Of a stretch of DNA of 64,000 nt, positions 25,409 through 38,042 are shown piece after piece. The notes under the pieces are model-generated. The model was not told where the DNA came from and ran no database searches. It saw only the letters and a program-made list of their open reading frames with translations. Every line of letters starts with the position of its first letter. The first letter of the stretch is position 1. The position numbers were made by a program, and so were the translations under genes. Location: positions 15,996,142 through 16,060,141 of the forward strand of contig CAJINV010000001.1 in NCBI GenBank assembly GCA_905178155.1, written 5' to 3'. Origin of the DNA: Amoebophrya sp. A120 (lineage: Eukaryota > Protista > Dinoflagellata).

Positions 25409-28400
25409 CTAGAATGGTTCAATTCCTGTCGCCTCCTCCACGTGCTTCCGCAAGGTGTTGAGCGGAATCTGTATCCTGTCTGCGATCGCGGTTTGCAGCG
25501 GTAGGGACAGAAACAAAAACAGGTTCAGCAGCGCGCCGTCCTCCAAATTCTTCCGGTAGTGGCCTTGGAAGTAAGCCGGGCATCGCTTCAGAAACGGGTT
25601 ACAACCGGCGGAAAAGGGAAGTTTTTGGACCAACACGGAGCATAACGTGTTGAGAATGCGAAACTTCGAGTCGGTGAGGCTGTAGAGCGCCGTCATGCTC
25701 CCATCGTGCCCGCCGAAAAACACGCCGCCAAACCGCCGGCCGCGCACCGTCTTCTCCAGTCGCTCGATCGCCCGACAGGTGGTCCCGAGGTAAAAACTGG
25801 CGCTGGTCCTGAGAACGCGATCGCCCTCCTTGCCGTCCACCAAATTGGGAAAGTACTGGAAGAGGTGAAGGTTGCCAGCCAGGTCAGCCGCGACCAAGCC
25901 GAGCGTGCTCTGGTCCAGGATGAAGTTGGTCGCAAGCACCGGGACCTGGCTCCCGTTATTCTCTCCGCCGAGCTGTCGTTCCTTGTTAATCAGGGAAACA
26001 ATGCTGTTGCCCGAGCAAGCAGACCGAGCCAACCTGCAGTTTTTGGTGGAGAGTTATTTGCTTTTGCTTTCCACGAACGCATAGTGAACAAACCTAATCT
26101 TCAGCTTCGTTCGGCGGGGGGATCAGAAATAGGCCCAGCAGGGCGTATCCTTCAATATGACACAGCCAGTGGGAAAAAAGCACTTCAAGATGAATGATAC
26201 AAATCTTTTATACCTCTCGAGCTTCCGCACCGGTTTCATACCGGCGCCGGGCTCCTCAAACCAGCGCAGCAAGTCGACTCCGTTGTGCAGATCACCGAGA
26301 AGGATGTACTTGTTCTTCACAATGGTCAGGCTTGTGATGCAGAACCCGCTATCGTGGAAAGCGACCAATTGCAGCGAGCCCGCATCTCGGTCCCACCTAA
26401 TCAAATCGTTTAATTTTTTGATGACAAAACAACCCTGCATGAAGACAATTCGTAAGGAGGCACAGTCTTCCTGCACCACCAACATGCCAAAACGTCGACC
26501 TAGTCAACAAGGACAGTACTAACACGTACCTATGTAAGCAGAATCGGTGCCCGCAGGAGTACGCCAGCAAGTCCTTTCCGCATGGCTGCATGCAGAGAAT
26601 GGGTCCCTTTACGCGTTTGGAAAAGATCGGCTCTGAACTTTCCGCAGCGGCTAGCTTTATACTCACATCGGCCGACGGGGAGCCATCACCGGTCGCTTCG
26701 CCTTGCTCTCCCTGATTGAAGGTTTTTGATCACGATGTAGGTTTGGAGATTGAGTTCGAAATTGATATTACTTTTCCTTTTGCATTTGCTTTTTCTTTCT
26801 GAAGTCGTCGCGCATTCCTTTTTGTTTTTGCTTGGAGAACCAAAAAGCACCTCCTTACCTTTGCTTTCCCGGTGCCTCTATTTGGATCTTTGGCCCGGAA
26901 GAGCAGCACGCGGCCACGACAAATCGCGTCCTCCCCCAGGTTGATCGACGTGCCGACGCAGAGCACGCTTTCGTTGCTTCCGAGCCCGGAAAACTGACAC
27001 CAATCCATGCAGACGACGGCTTCGTTGTCCGCTAAGGCGTAGGAAAAATTCAGCGGCAGAATACTGGGATTCGTCAGCTCCGAGGGGTCTTGGACAAAGC
27101 AGACCTGGGAAATGTTTTTGTGTGCATCAAGAATTTTCAACAAACATTCGATCATCATGAAAACACTTGTAACTGCTCGCAGGAGCACGCCAGCGACTGC
27201 AAAGACAGTTCCTTTAATACCTGCACCTCATACCGCTGGACGCGTCGGGACACAGAGCGCTTCTCTTCTTTCACGACAGTCGTTGTGACGACCTGCGATT
27301 CTTCCTCGTCGTCCTCCTCTGGCTCCTCCTTGACCTCCGGCTGTTGCTCCGTCGTGGCCGCCGCCGCTTCTCCTGCCGCACCCTCGACCGGTAGTTCGGG
27401 TTCGATCTCTGGCAGCGCGGCGTTTAGCGTGGCGTCCTCTTCGACCAAGTGGTGGACGCTGTCTAACGCGCGTTGTTCGATAATCGTTTCCGTGGTCGCG
27501 ATGGCGCACAACCGGGAGACCGGGTCGACCTTGGTCAGAACCGGGGTCTTCTCCAGCGTGAACATCGTTCGTAGCACCGGCGCGTAGAGATCGACGTGTC
27601 CGCTTAACGTGTGAATCTCGCCTTCATACACGTCCATGGAGGAGAATTCCCCCTCACCGAAGGAAAAGTCCCCGCCGTCCACGGGAGCTTTCGGAACTTT
27701 CACCTGCTTTTTCGCCAGACCAAACAGGCAGAGTTGCGCGGGCTGGTCTGCTTTGGAGGCGGCTTTGCTGTTCTCTCGGTTGTTCCCTGCGGTGTCACCG
27801 GCTATCGCATCACTGTCCTCTTCGTTCATTTCCTCTTCCTCGTCGTCAATGAAAAGTGCGGAACTGTGGAACGGCTGGACATTTAGCAGCTCCTTCCTTC
27901 CTGGGTGGAGATACGTCCGATTTCCCTCCGAGAAGATAAACAGCGGTCCGTTCTGCCGTGTGCACCACCGATCGACACAAACGCCGTTGCCCACGCCGAT
28001 GGGAAAGATTCGGAGCCGGGGCTTGTGCGTTTTTCGCACTTGGTACGTAAACCTGATATTTTTTCATGTAGACACGATATCGTGGTCTCATCATCTGAAT
28101 ACGCATGCTCGTCCAGCAAGAGCCTATGATGTTGTGTCATATTAACTTCTGCTGCTCAACATTTTAGCTCTAAGTGCCCAGAGCGAAAACTGAAGTGCTT
28201 CGCACGACTTAAGTAGCCTGAGTGCAACATCGCAAGAACTACGTGCTCGGCGCAACTTAGCTATCCCAGTCTCAGTTGCGCGCACGAGGTGAGCTCAGTT
28301 GCGCACGACTTTGTGTGTTCGAGGTGGTGGTGGCCCTGGTCGCACCATATAATCGGTCTTTACAAAACTGTCGTGAGCACTAGATAAAGAAGAGCAAAAA

Positions 28401-31400
28401 CTGTACTTGTGCGTGACTAGTCGGAAGTTGTAGGGAAACGCTTCGGTTTGGTCCGGGGTGTTCCGAAAAGCGCGGTACACCAAGACTGGACGGCCCTCTT
28501 GCAACAACACCAGGGTCGGCCCCGCGTCGCCGGTCGCGAGGCTCATGTCGACCAATGCGACGGCAAGCATTTCAGGCGTCGCGTACTCGGTGTCCGCAAA
28601 GTCATTCCCATCCGTCGCGGGGGTGGCCACGCACCGCGCCCGATCCTTTTTGGAACTTACCGCGCTCGTGGTCCCCGAGAGGATGGATCGGAGCAGGCAA
28701 ACGCCCTGATCGATGTTCGGAACCGAAAAGACCTCGAGGAGTTCGGCCTGGTTTTTCGGCGTATTCATCAGCTGAAAAATCTTCAAAAACCGTTTCCGCT
28801 TCGGTCCCCGCTGCTGGTGTTGTTCCTGTTCGGTCGCAGTGCTCACTTTCTCCGTGACGGCGACCAAGAAATCGTCGTTGTAAAAGTTCGCTGTCAAGAT
28901 GTCTCCGTGCTCCGCAGCGTCGTAGGTGAGATTGTGAATCACGCCGCCCCGGGACACCGGGTCAAAATCCAGTTCCAGCAAGTGCATCCTTTTCGTACCG
29001 TGCTCCAAAACGACCAAATGCTTTCCACTGCCGCTCGCAAACACCTGCGCGTCCGCGAACCTGCGGCTTGCGTCCTCCGGATTCAATATTGCGGCGTTTT
29101 CGTACTCCGGATCCGTACCAAACACGTCACTGGCCGGCATGGAAACCAAAGGCTCCAGCGCGACCGGGTCTACGACGAACAAGTCGCCGCTCTGCAGCAT
29201 CACCCAGTACGCCCCGTATTTGAGAATCCCGCCGCAAAACAGCAGCTGCTTCTCGCAGAGGAAGGAGTTGGGTAACTCGCGGATGGTCACGGTTCCGCCC
29301 TCTTCCTGGGCGGCCACGTCCAAGACCAAGTTCTTCGTTGATTCTGTCGACACAACAAGGTACTTCGTCTCTTTTGTTGAGAAGGAGGTTTTATTGTTTT
29401 GCTCAGTAGCAGAATCACCATTCTTTGGTGTCGCGTGGTCCTTCTTTCTCCTTTTCGTCGCTGGTTGCTGGTGCGCCGCCGGATGTTGAGCAGAAAAGCT
29501 GGAATCAACATTTTGCTCCACAAAAAGTGGTAGCGTCCAGCTATCGGACAACACATCAGGCGGAAGTTGAAACGACACCCGGGCCTCGGTTGGCACCTCG
29601 GCGTGGACGCAGTTCAAGTGGCTGTGCTGTTCCCCAAATCCGGTCACCGCGACGAAGCCAGGCGTCCAATTTGCCCCGGTGCCCCGCTGGTCGTTCAAGT
29701 TGACCCCGATCGTACTGACCGACCGTAACCGGCCGAGGTTCCTGGTATCCGTTTTGCGCATCTTGAACACAAACGCATCCGTGGTGCGTTTCTTTTTCTT
29801 CTTTGCCACGACCTGCTTCTGGCTCTGCTCCTTCTCCATGTCGGTTGCCAGATCTTTCAACATCCGCAGATGCTGCTGTGGGTCCCAGGCATCCGGCTGA
29901 TCCACGTAATCGCGGTTGTCGACCTTCGTCAGATATTCCAGCTCCTCCTCCGGCTTCAGCTGCAGACCGGTAGGCTTGCTGTTCATCGGCAGTAACTCGT
30001 CAGGATCCACCTCCGCACTGCTCGTACTCACGTTCGGCTCCATCTCGACCAAGATCTGCGACCCGGAAGCGCTACTGGTCAGGTGTAAAAATTTCCCGCC
30101 GAAAAAGCACAAGGAGTCGAGCGCGTGGCCAAGCAGCGGGTCGGAGGCGGGGCCGAAAATCGTGATTTGTCGCCACACAAAGGTGCAGACCGAGGACGCG
30201 GAGAGGTGGTGTCGCTGTTTGTTCAGCAGTTTCGGCTGGGGGGACTGCTGCGGGCTGGGCATGCGCGGGGTGCGCTGCTGCAGGCTGGACATGGTTTGCT
30301 CCACGATGTCGCAGATGTAGAGCGCGCCATCTTGCAGCGTGGGGTGGGTCAACAGGACGAAGCTGTCGTGCTCCGGCACTTGGGCGACGGAACAGTCCGT
30401 CATGTCGAGGTTCAGGGCGCAGTTCTCCTCGACCACGTTGTACGGGAAGAGGTCTGGGTCGTCCACGAGCAGCCCGTTCTGGTGCGTGATTTGCGCGGCC
30501 ACGTGGTCCTCGTCCAGCTTGTAGTTGCCCGCGAAGGCGAGCGCGTAGGAGGACAGGATGCAGACGCCGGACGGGAGCGGGAGGAGTCTGCTCGCGTTGA
30601 AAAAAAAACCGGCGCCCTTGGACAGAATCGCGAGCTCTTCCGTTCGGAGAAACAGCGAGACGACGAAGAGAACGGTGGAATTCCGACACTTTGCCATGTC
30701 CATGGCGGTGCCGGGCCCCGTGCGCCCCACGACCGCGAAACAGGGCCTTGTCAAACCCTGGCTGGGGAGGAAACAGACGTCGTCCGCTGTGTAGACGCGC
30801 AAACTTTTGCTGAAGTTCAACACAAACGCCTTCTCCTGGAAAAACGGCTGGCAGTCGAAGTATTCCGCTTCGTGGAGGTTTTGCTGCTCCTCCGCCTTTC
30901 CTTTGCCCTTGTTCGGGTCCGGCTTCGAGGGGGGAGCGCTCGCGACGAGCCGGCTCCTTCCTGTGAAGAAAGGTGGAGTGAGTAGAACTAGAAGTGGGAG
31001 TAGGTGCATAAACTGTATAAGTTCTCTGATGGAATAGCTGCAAGATCATGTCTCATCAGAAGATGCTTTACTCTAGAGATGTCGATATCCAGACAGAGAA
31101 CGAATGATTTACGCATAAACATCAAACTTGAAATTCTACCTCCACCTAAGTTTGTCTATCAAAAGAACTGGAAGCTGCACCACGACAAATTATCACTTAC
31201 CCCGCTTTCCCCTGCCTTTACTTGTTTGGCCGAACTTCGTAGGTTATCAAATGCAAATATGTCTGGGTCTGGAAGATCTTGAGGTGTGTCATGCTTGTCT
31301 GGCATGACCAAAAAGTTTGTGATGCGTGTCCAAGAAGAGACCCTTTTGCCTGTCATGCAAAAATGCAGTTTGTCATGCAAAAAACGCACCACAAAGAAGC

Positions 31401-32403
31401 GCAGATATTTCACATGCTTGCCTGTGCATTACAGAGCATTCACTATTCCCAACGCAGCATTACAAGTTTCCAGACCCAGACATTTTTGCGTTTGATATAG
31501 GTACGGGCACCGGGTCCTCGCTGATGTTGACAGCCAGTAGGGCGTCATCGAAAATTGTGAACACCACGCAATGCACCGAGTCCACCTGCACCATAAGACA
31601 CCTCTCGTTCGGGTCTACGTGCACCTTTAAGCACAAAGCATCCCGCCGCAAGCTCGGTAACCCGCGGCTCAGGTGCAGAATGTGGGTGGACAACGTGCGG
31701 AAGGAGCTGAATTCCGGGGCAAATTGCAGCACCGAAAACCTCACATCCGTTGACGCCGACGCGGTGCGAAAAAACAGCACGAGGAGGTTCTCGTCGCCGA
31801 ATTGGGAGTGTTTAAACGCGGTACTCGCGTACGCCGGGCGGTCGAACAGGGTAAGACTGGCATGCAATTATGGAAGCGTCAGGATCGAAATCGTCAAAAT
31901 CGAAAAACTTGTGATGCATAAAATGTAGAGCACTGAAGGCCTGTATTGGGGAGCAGGCATATGAGGCCGATTGTAAGCCTGCTTAGGGGTATGCAATGTG
32001 CTGCCAGAGTAGCATGACAGGAGCAGTCTTCTTCCCCCAAACAGATTGACAAGCTGGATTTTGGTGCTCCCGAAATTTGTCATGCGCCACTTGAAAACTG
32101 AGGCTCCAACTGACAGCGATTTTGTGCATCACAAGTTTTTCGATTTTGTCAATTTCGATTCTGACACTCCCATAGCAATCTGGTGGAGGTTGTTGTAGAC
32201 GAGGACAATTCGACATCGTCTTTATTGGCAGTGGAGGAGGAACTACTGCTGCTGGAGGTAGTACTTCTTTGGTTCGGCAGCGTTACCACCTCAATCAACT
32301 CCACGACGGTCCCGCGAATGACGATACTGCGGTCACTCCCGAAGGGGAGGCAGTAGTCGACACATCCCGGGTCGCTCAGCTGTTGCAGTACGCCACACGA
32401 CAT
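25409..32403 (-). CDS. CPSF1: Cleavage and polyadenylation specificity factor subunit 1 (CPSF160), multi-exon
   Basis: C-terminal VAADLAGNLHLFQYFP...GDRVLRTSASFYLG, ILLGDLHNGV, VGTSINLGEDAICRGRVLLF, LEDGALLNLFLFLS; N-terminal LKVHVDPNERC. Two introners plus several GT-AG introns. Confidence 0.9.
31245..31497. mobile_element. Introner family A in CPSF1
   Basis: DR taggt/taggt. Excision gives DPVPVPTKFGQ. Confidence 0.92.
31869..32174. mobile_element. Introner with ~55-bp TIR in CPSF1
   Basis: DR gcaat/gcaat. Excision gives TRLHASLTLF. Confidence 0.92.
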
Positions 32404-33254
32404 TTTGGATAAGCTTCAGGCTCAGGTTGCTAAAAATGGATTGCGATTGTTAACTACGAAAAATCCTGGCTTTCAGTTTCAACTTCAAAGGAATAGTGCC
32501 AGTGGTGAATAAACCGTAGAACCTTCTTGCCGTGGTCCTCGCTTTAAAATAAACCGGAGGCGTCAATACCATAGTGTATACTTCTTCTACGTGCTAGGTC
32601 CGAATCTTGTTTAACAAAGCTGTACTCTTGACTTGTACTTCGTAAAACTTTTGATAGTGATGAAGTTCCGATACTTCCTGTACTAGCGTTCAGGAACTTA
32701 CTACACTGCGCGTCGCCGTCGCCTGCTTCAAAAAAAGAAGGTGTATTCCTCAAAAAGACAAACAGGTCTTGGAAAACGTCGGAACGCGAGACAAAGATCG
32801 GTAAAGTCTGATCGAAATCGGGATCATTAACCTTCAGTAGAAAACGGATCTGCGAGGCACTCGCTGCAGCAATCATGATCTCCGTCTGTAGCATGGCACC
32901 ATCTTTGCCCGACGGCAGCGCTTAAATGATCTGCGCGCTACTAGCAAATGCAGTCCTAGAAAGAAACTTGTTGCAGCTCGCGCAACATCGTAAAACTAAT
33001 ATGATGAATAAGGCTTGCAAGTTGCTGTCAGTGACTTTGCCATTGCTTCAAAGCAACACGCCCACATTTTTATTTACAACTGATGAGTGCCTTCGGCCCA
33101 AAAGCAGGCGCGGGCCCCTCTATTTATACACAGTGTTCGCATCAACACACTCGTTCTCGATCAACAATCGCGTGGGCTACCCGGATGCGCCCCAACCAAA
33201 ATCTAGAAGTAGAGACCTGCGCTCACTTCCGTGTATCTCCAAAGGCATCAAGCC

Positions 33255-33803
33255 TTGCATGCAGCCAGTAGTATCAGGCTTTTTGTCCAGTTGGGTAAAT
33301 GCATTGACTTCGAACGAGAAACTTGCTCCCAGCCAGCAGGGCAAGCCGTATCCTGCTGGCTAGCCGTATCCTGCTGGCTAGATGCATTCTCGTGTATTCG
33401 CGAAGTCGAGCCCGAAACTTGCATCCCGTCCCCGTGTATTCGTGAGGCCAAAACTTGCATCCAGCCAGGGGAATAAGGGTCATCCTGCTGGCTAGATGCA
33501 AGAACCCTCAGTGTTTTCAAACTAGAACCCTGCATCCAGCCAGCAGGGTAAGCGGGATCCCGCTGGCTACATGCATTCCCGTGTATTCGCGAGGCCAAAA
33601 CTTGCATCCAGCCAGGGGAATAAAGGCTTATCCTGCTGGCTAGATGCAACCCCAAGCATTTTCACACTAGGAACCTGCATCCAGCCAGCAGGGTAAGCCG
33701 CATCCTGCTCGCTAGATGCATTCCCGTGTATTCGCGAGGCCAAAACTTGCATCCAGCCAGGGGGATAAGCCTTATCCTGCTGGCTAGATGCAACCCAGAT
33801 GCA
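33255..33803. repeat. ~73-bp tandem hairpin repeat with two alternating spacers
   Basis: Stems gcatccagccagcagg...cctgctggctagatgc at 33457, 33532, 33604, 33677 and 33749. Confidence 0.9.
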
Positions 33804-34969
33804 TGCAGCAATCATGATCTCCGTCAGTAGCATAGCAACGGCAAAGACTTTTTCCAAAAAACTTTTTTTTTTTGCTACATATGACTTCACGGCACTTTAT
33901 AGGCATGCCAGCAGGTATGCGCAGAGTAGAATAGCAGAAAAGCTTCGGCACGGGTTAGGTGATAGGTTGCTGGTCCGAAGGCTGAAGAGCAGCCGTTCCG
34001 GCTGCAGACGCGGCCATGGGTTCGGTCTTTAACGCTTTGGCCTCAAGGTAAGTAGCACGCAATGCCCCCGCCGCGGCTTTGGGGTATCGAAATAGGACTC
34101 AGGATACGCCATCGCAACTATGGCGGGCTCGCTCAGGAGCGGCAGTTTCAAAAGAGCACGGCTACGAGACGTGGCCCGCCCTAGCTGTCGCGGTGCCCTA
34201 CGAAAGAGAAAGAGAGGAGGCTCACGCCTTTGCTGTCTTTGATTCTATTCCCGGCCGCATTGTGGTGCTTTCCTTCGTGGCCGAATCCGAGTTATCATTT
34301 TCAAGGACGCAGCTCGCCAAAAATAGCAAACTTGCGGGAACGAAAAGGGGGGCCGGCCCCCCCCCTTGCGGGGGGGGGTTTGGGGGACCCCCCTTCGTGG
34401 AGATGCTAAGGGGGAGTAGCTTTCTGAGAAGGCCCAAAAGGAGGGGGGGTTTGGGGGACCCCTCGGGGGGCCCCAAAGAGGATTTCGGCTTGCGGCTCCA
34501 CGAGGAGTTCTGTTACTTTCCTGGAAAAACCGCCGAGAGCGAAGAACCGCCTCCCGCGACCCAGCTCCCCAAGAGATTTGCGGCCGCGGCATCAATGTCG
34601 TCGGCAGTGCCGCGCACGGCTTGGAATTTTTCGAAAGCCGTGCGTGCCGTCTGTTTCGCCTGTTGGGGCGTGGGCCCTCCACTGGCTTCAACGCTGCAGA
34701 AATCATGATCTCCGTCAGTAGCATGGCACCATCTACTCTACGTCGCGTAATAAGCGGCCCTCAAATAAGGTCAGAGGTCACGAGGCAACATTTGACGCCC
34801 GGACGCTTGACGACAGAGCCTGACGCGCGTGACGTCGTATGGGCTAAGCACTAATCGAACCGAAACCATGCCGCGCGGAGCAAAAACAATTTGCCAGGCA
34901 GACTAGCCTCTGCCCGCACTGTAAAGACCCTTGCACGCTAACCCCAATGCCGGCGACACAAAAGCAACG

Positions 34970-35385
34970 GGGGGCTATCTGCCCTCTGCGTTTCTAAAAA
35001 GGGAGCTAGCGCGGTTCTTTCGCAAAAATTCCGAGGGCCTAACCGCCCTTTGCATTTTGTAAAGGAGATCTAGCCCGGTTCTGGGGCAAATATTTGGGGT
35101 AGCTAACCTCCCTTTGCATTTCAAAAAGGGAGGTTCGCCCGGTCCCTGGGCAAAAATTTCGAGTAGCTAACCTCCCTTTGCATTTCAAAAAGGAAGGCCA
35201 GCCCGGTCCCTGGGCAAAAATTTCGGGTAGCTAACCTTCCTTTGCATTTCAAAAAGGGGAGTTAGCCCTTGAGCAAAAATTTCAAAGGGCTAACCGCCCT
35301 TTTCATTTTCAAAAGGGCGGTTAGGAAAAATGAATTGGCGGTTTTTTGCTAGCCGCCCTTTTCAAAATGAAAAGGGCGGTTAGGG
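34970..35385. repeat. ~64-bp tandem hairpin repeat
   Basis: gctaacctccctttgcatttcaaaaagggaggtt at 35102, with variants at 35166, 35230 and 35289. Confidence 0.85.
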
Positions 35386-37508
35386 AAAAAAAGCGCGCGG
35401 CCACGCACTCAGTTCTTGCGCCTGGGCTGTGCAGTTGCCGCAGACGCGCTACGCCGATGATTAAGCGTATGCATCTTGTTACGCAGAAGCAACTTGCGCT
35501 GTTTGCTCTACGGAAATAAAGGGCGCACGCCTGTCGCACAAGGACGAGCAACAGACGCAGCGCACAAAGGTTCCGACTCGTTTTTCTTTTCTATTCCTCG
35601 TCGTCAGCTGCAGAAATCATGATCTCCGTCAGTAGCATGGCACCATCTACTATGCAGCGTATCTTCTCTTTGTTAACTCTGGCCGTGCCATCGTGTAATT
35701 GGATGTCGAACTGGATTCAAACTGAATTCAAAATGCAGCAACTTTCAAAAAAACAGAATTGGAAGAGGATGCCGAGACGCATCGGCTACGGCCTATCTTG
35801 CCACATCCAGAAGCACAGGGGCCGCGCCTCATTGCACAAGCAACTCCGAACCTACGCCCCCTCATTGTGGCCAAAGAGGCCACCCCGAGCACCCCGGCAA
35901 AGAAGTCCGGCGGCCGCGCGATATTCTGCACAGACTGAGAAAGCATAGCTCCGTATGGCTTGCTGGAGGCACAGGCGGCTCAAGAGGATAGAAAGCAAAA
36001 GCGTACTAGAACTGCAACGCCCTTAAAGACCTGCTCCGACTCCCATCCGCCAAGGACAAAGACGTCGAATGGGCGGATCCCTCGCGGCATTGGCTCCACA
36101 CTCTTAGCGCCCGTATGCCTCACGGCCAAAGCCTTGAAATCTGAGCAGAGCCACTTGATTATGAGAGACGCCGGCCCCCGCCATCGGCGCTCCTCCATGA
36201 GGAATGCCTGCAACTGCGCGCGCCATAAGGGCCGGCGCGCGGGTGGCAAACATTCCAACAACATCAAAGCAAGGCCGCACGAAAAGGACCGGCAACACCT
36301 GTGGCAACCCCTCAACCCAACCAACCTACCGGCTGCAGTGCGTCCAGCAAAAAACACAGGTCACTACACCAACGACAATCCTCCAATACGGAATGATCAA
36401 AAGGAGCACTAAATGCTGGCCAGATAGTGGCGCGCGCGGCAGCGCGCGCCCAAAAATTCATACCCTTGCCCACAGTCTCCGATCGCAAGGCGGGCTCCCG
36501 GATTGCCCCTCCCAAACCGATCCAACTAATTTCGAATTGGATCCGATTTCCATCATTTTTTCATCCGAACCCATTTTCTTATTAGGAAAACGGAATTCGG
36601 ATGGGATTCGGATGCAATTCGGATTCCGTTCGAAATTGGTGGAGCTGCTCCACGAAGCAACGGATTTGGTTTGAAATTGGAGAAGGGCGGATTTGGCAGC
36701 AATCATGATCTCCGTCAGTAGCATGGCACCATCTATGCAGCGTATCTTCTCTTTGCCCGACGGCAGCTTACATGATCTGCGCGCTACTAGCAAAAGCAAA
36801 TGCAGTCCTAGAAAGAAACTTTTGTTGCTGCTCGCGCAACATCGTAGAACTAATATGATGAATAGGGCTTGGTGCAAGCTAATGTGAGTCACTTTGCTTC
36901 AAAGCAACACGCCCACATTTTTTACAATAGTCGCCCCAACTGATAAGTATGATAATCGTTCGCGATCGTCGTGCGAGGGTGAGCTAGACTAGATGCTGCC
37001 CGAAAATATCCCATGAATGATCGCACGGGTCCTAAGAACAGGAATAAAACACCTCGATATTACGGCTCAAACTTTTCTTGTTTGTCGCCGTTTGCCATTT
37101 TTTTGGGCGGCGCCGAAAGGAAAAGGAGGCGGGGATAAAGGCAGCTATGAACCACGACACTGCATGATCCTTCGTTGCGAAAAGATTGCAGTAGCTTCTC
37201 CGCCAAAGACATTTTTTTTGCTTTGCTTTGAGCAAATTCATAATTTGCTTGTTAACTCCACCCGTGTTTTGCTACTTCGTTTCCCCTCCATACTCGAACG
37301 ACTCTCCGTCGAGCACGACGTACTTAAAAATTCCAGTAAACAGAACTGTGAAAATCAAGAGTGAAGTTTTAAATCCGCGGCCTGCACTCTTGTTTTCGGG
37401 ACTGAGGCCCGCAGAAAAATATTGCACAGCAGGGCACGAAAATCCAAAGAATAGAACAAGCATGCCCCGACCACTGTAGCCTGAGCAGGCCGCGGCGTTT
37501 TGACATGT

Positions 37509-38042
37509 TTATATGCCAAGCGACCACAGCAAGGCGAGAAACGTTACTCCGACACGAGCTTTGGAGCTGTACAGTGTCGACGAGGCGGCGGCGCTCTTGT
37601 TTTCTGCAGTGGCCGCTGCGCTCCCAGAGGTGACCTTCGCTTCGGTCGTGACCGCGGCCGTGGTTGTCGTAGTAGAGGTGGTAGACGTAGCCAGAAACGT
37701 CAGCTGATCCGAAGTCAGCGATACGTTGTAAACTGCTATTTGCGCAATGTCGCCTTCCATAAAAAGCTCGCACCGGTTGTCAGTGGCAGGGTCGAGACAC
37801 GCAACCGCGGAATGCTCCGTGGGGCAACAAGTCCCGGTGGCTCCGAAATCCCTGTTGCAGACCTTGGGCAACGCGCCGACAGTGAAGGCGCCATCGTCGC
37901 CGACTGGCGTGTTCGGAGCTTCGCTGCCGGTTATTTGCTGTGTACCGTTCACGTACACCGTGTTCCTGCCCGAACTGGGACTGTCATCGTAGCTGAAGGC
38001 AAACTGGTGCCAGACGTTCTCGGTTTCGGCTTTGACCTCCAT
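37509..38042 (-). CDS. LamG/concanavalin-A-like domain (C-half) + Ser/Thr stalk + GPI-type tail; apparently a 5'-truncated fragment
   Basis: WHQFAFSYD...VYVNG...FTVGA...GDIAQIAVYNVSLT, then TSTTTTTAA and a terminal hydrophobic GVTFLALLWSLGI. No signal peptide. Confidence 0.7.
   Translation of the reverse strand: MEVKAETENVWHQFAFSYDDSPSSGRNTVYVNGTQQITGSEAPNTPVGDDGAFTVGALPKVCNRDFGATGTCCPTEHSAVACLDPATDNRCELFMEGDIAQIAVYNVSLTSDQLTFLATSTTSTTTTTAAVTTEAKVTSGSAAATAENKSAAASSTLYSSKARVGVTFLALLWSLGI

Larger units (their letters stand above)
32865..36735 (+). repeat. Five copies of TGCAG(C/A)AATCATGATCTCCGTC(A/T)GTAGCAT(G/A)GCA at 32865, 33804, 34695, 35609 and 36694
   Basis: Directly visible; spacing 939, 891, 914 and 1085 bp. 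Confidence 0.95.

Noticed and set aside
28078-28345. Introner in the middle of CPSF1
   Set aside because: The inverted repeat is weak and excision with the candidate DR gives a stop codon; treated as an intron with unresolved boundaries.
32865-36735. CRISPR array or integron
   Set aside because: Spacers are 0.6-1.0 kb, repeat lengths vary, there is no cas or integrase gene, and the context is eukaryotic.
33799-36892. Repeated small ORFs IMISVSSMAPS / MLLTEIMIAA as a peptide family
   Set aside because: They are only translations of the repeated LTR-like end, and the sequences diverge immediately after it.
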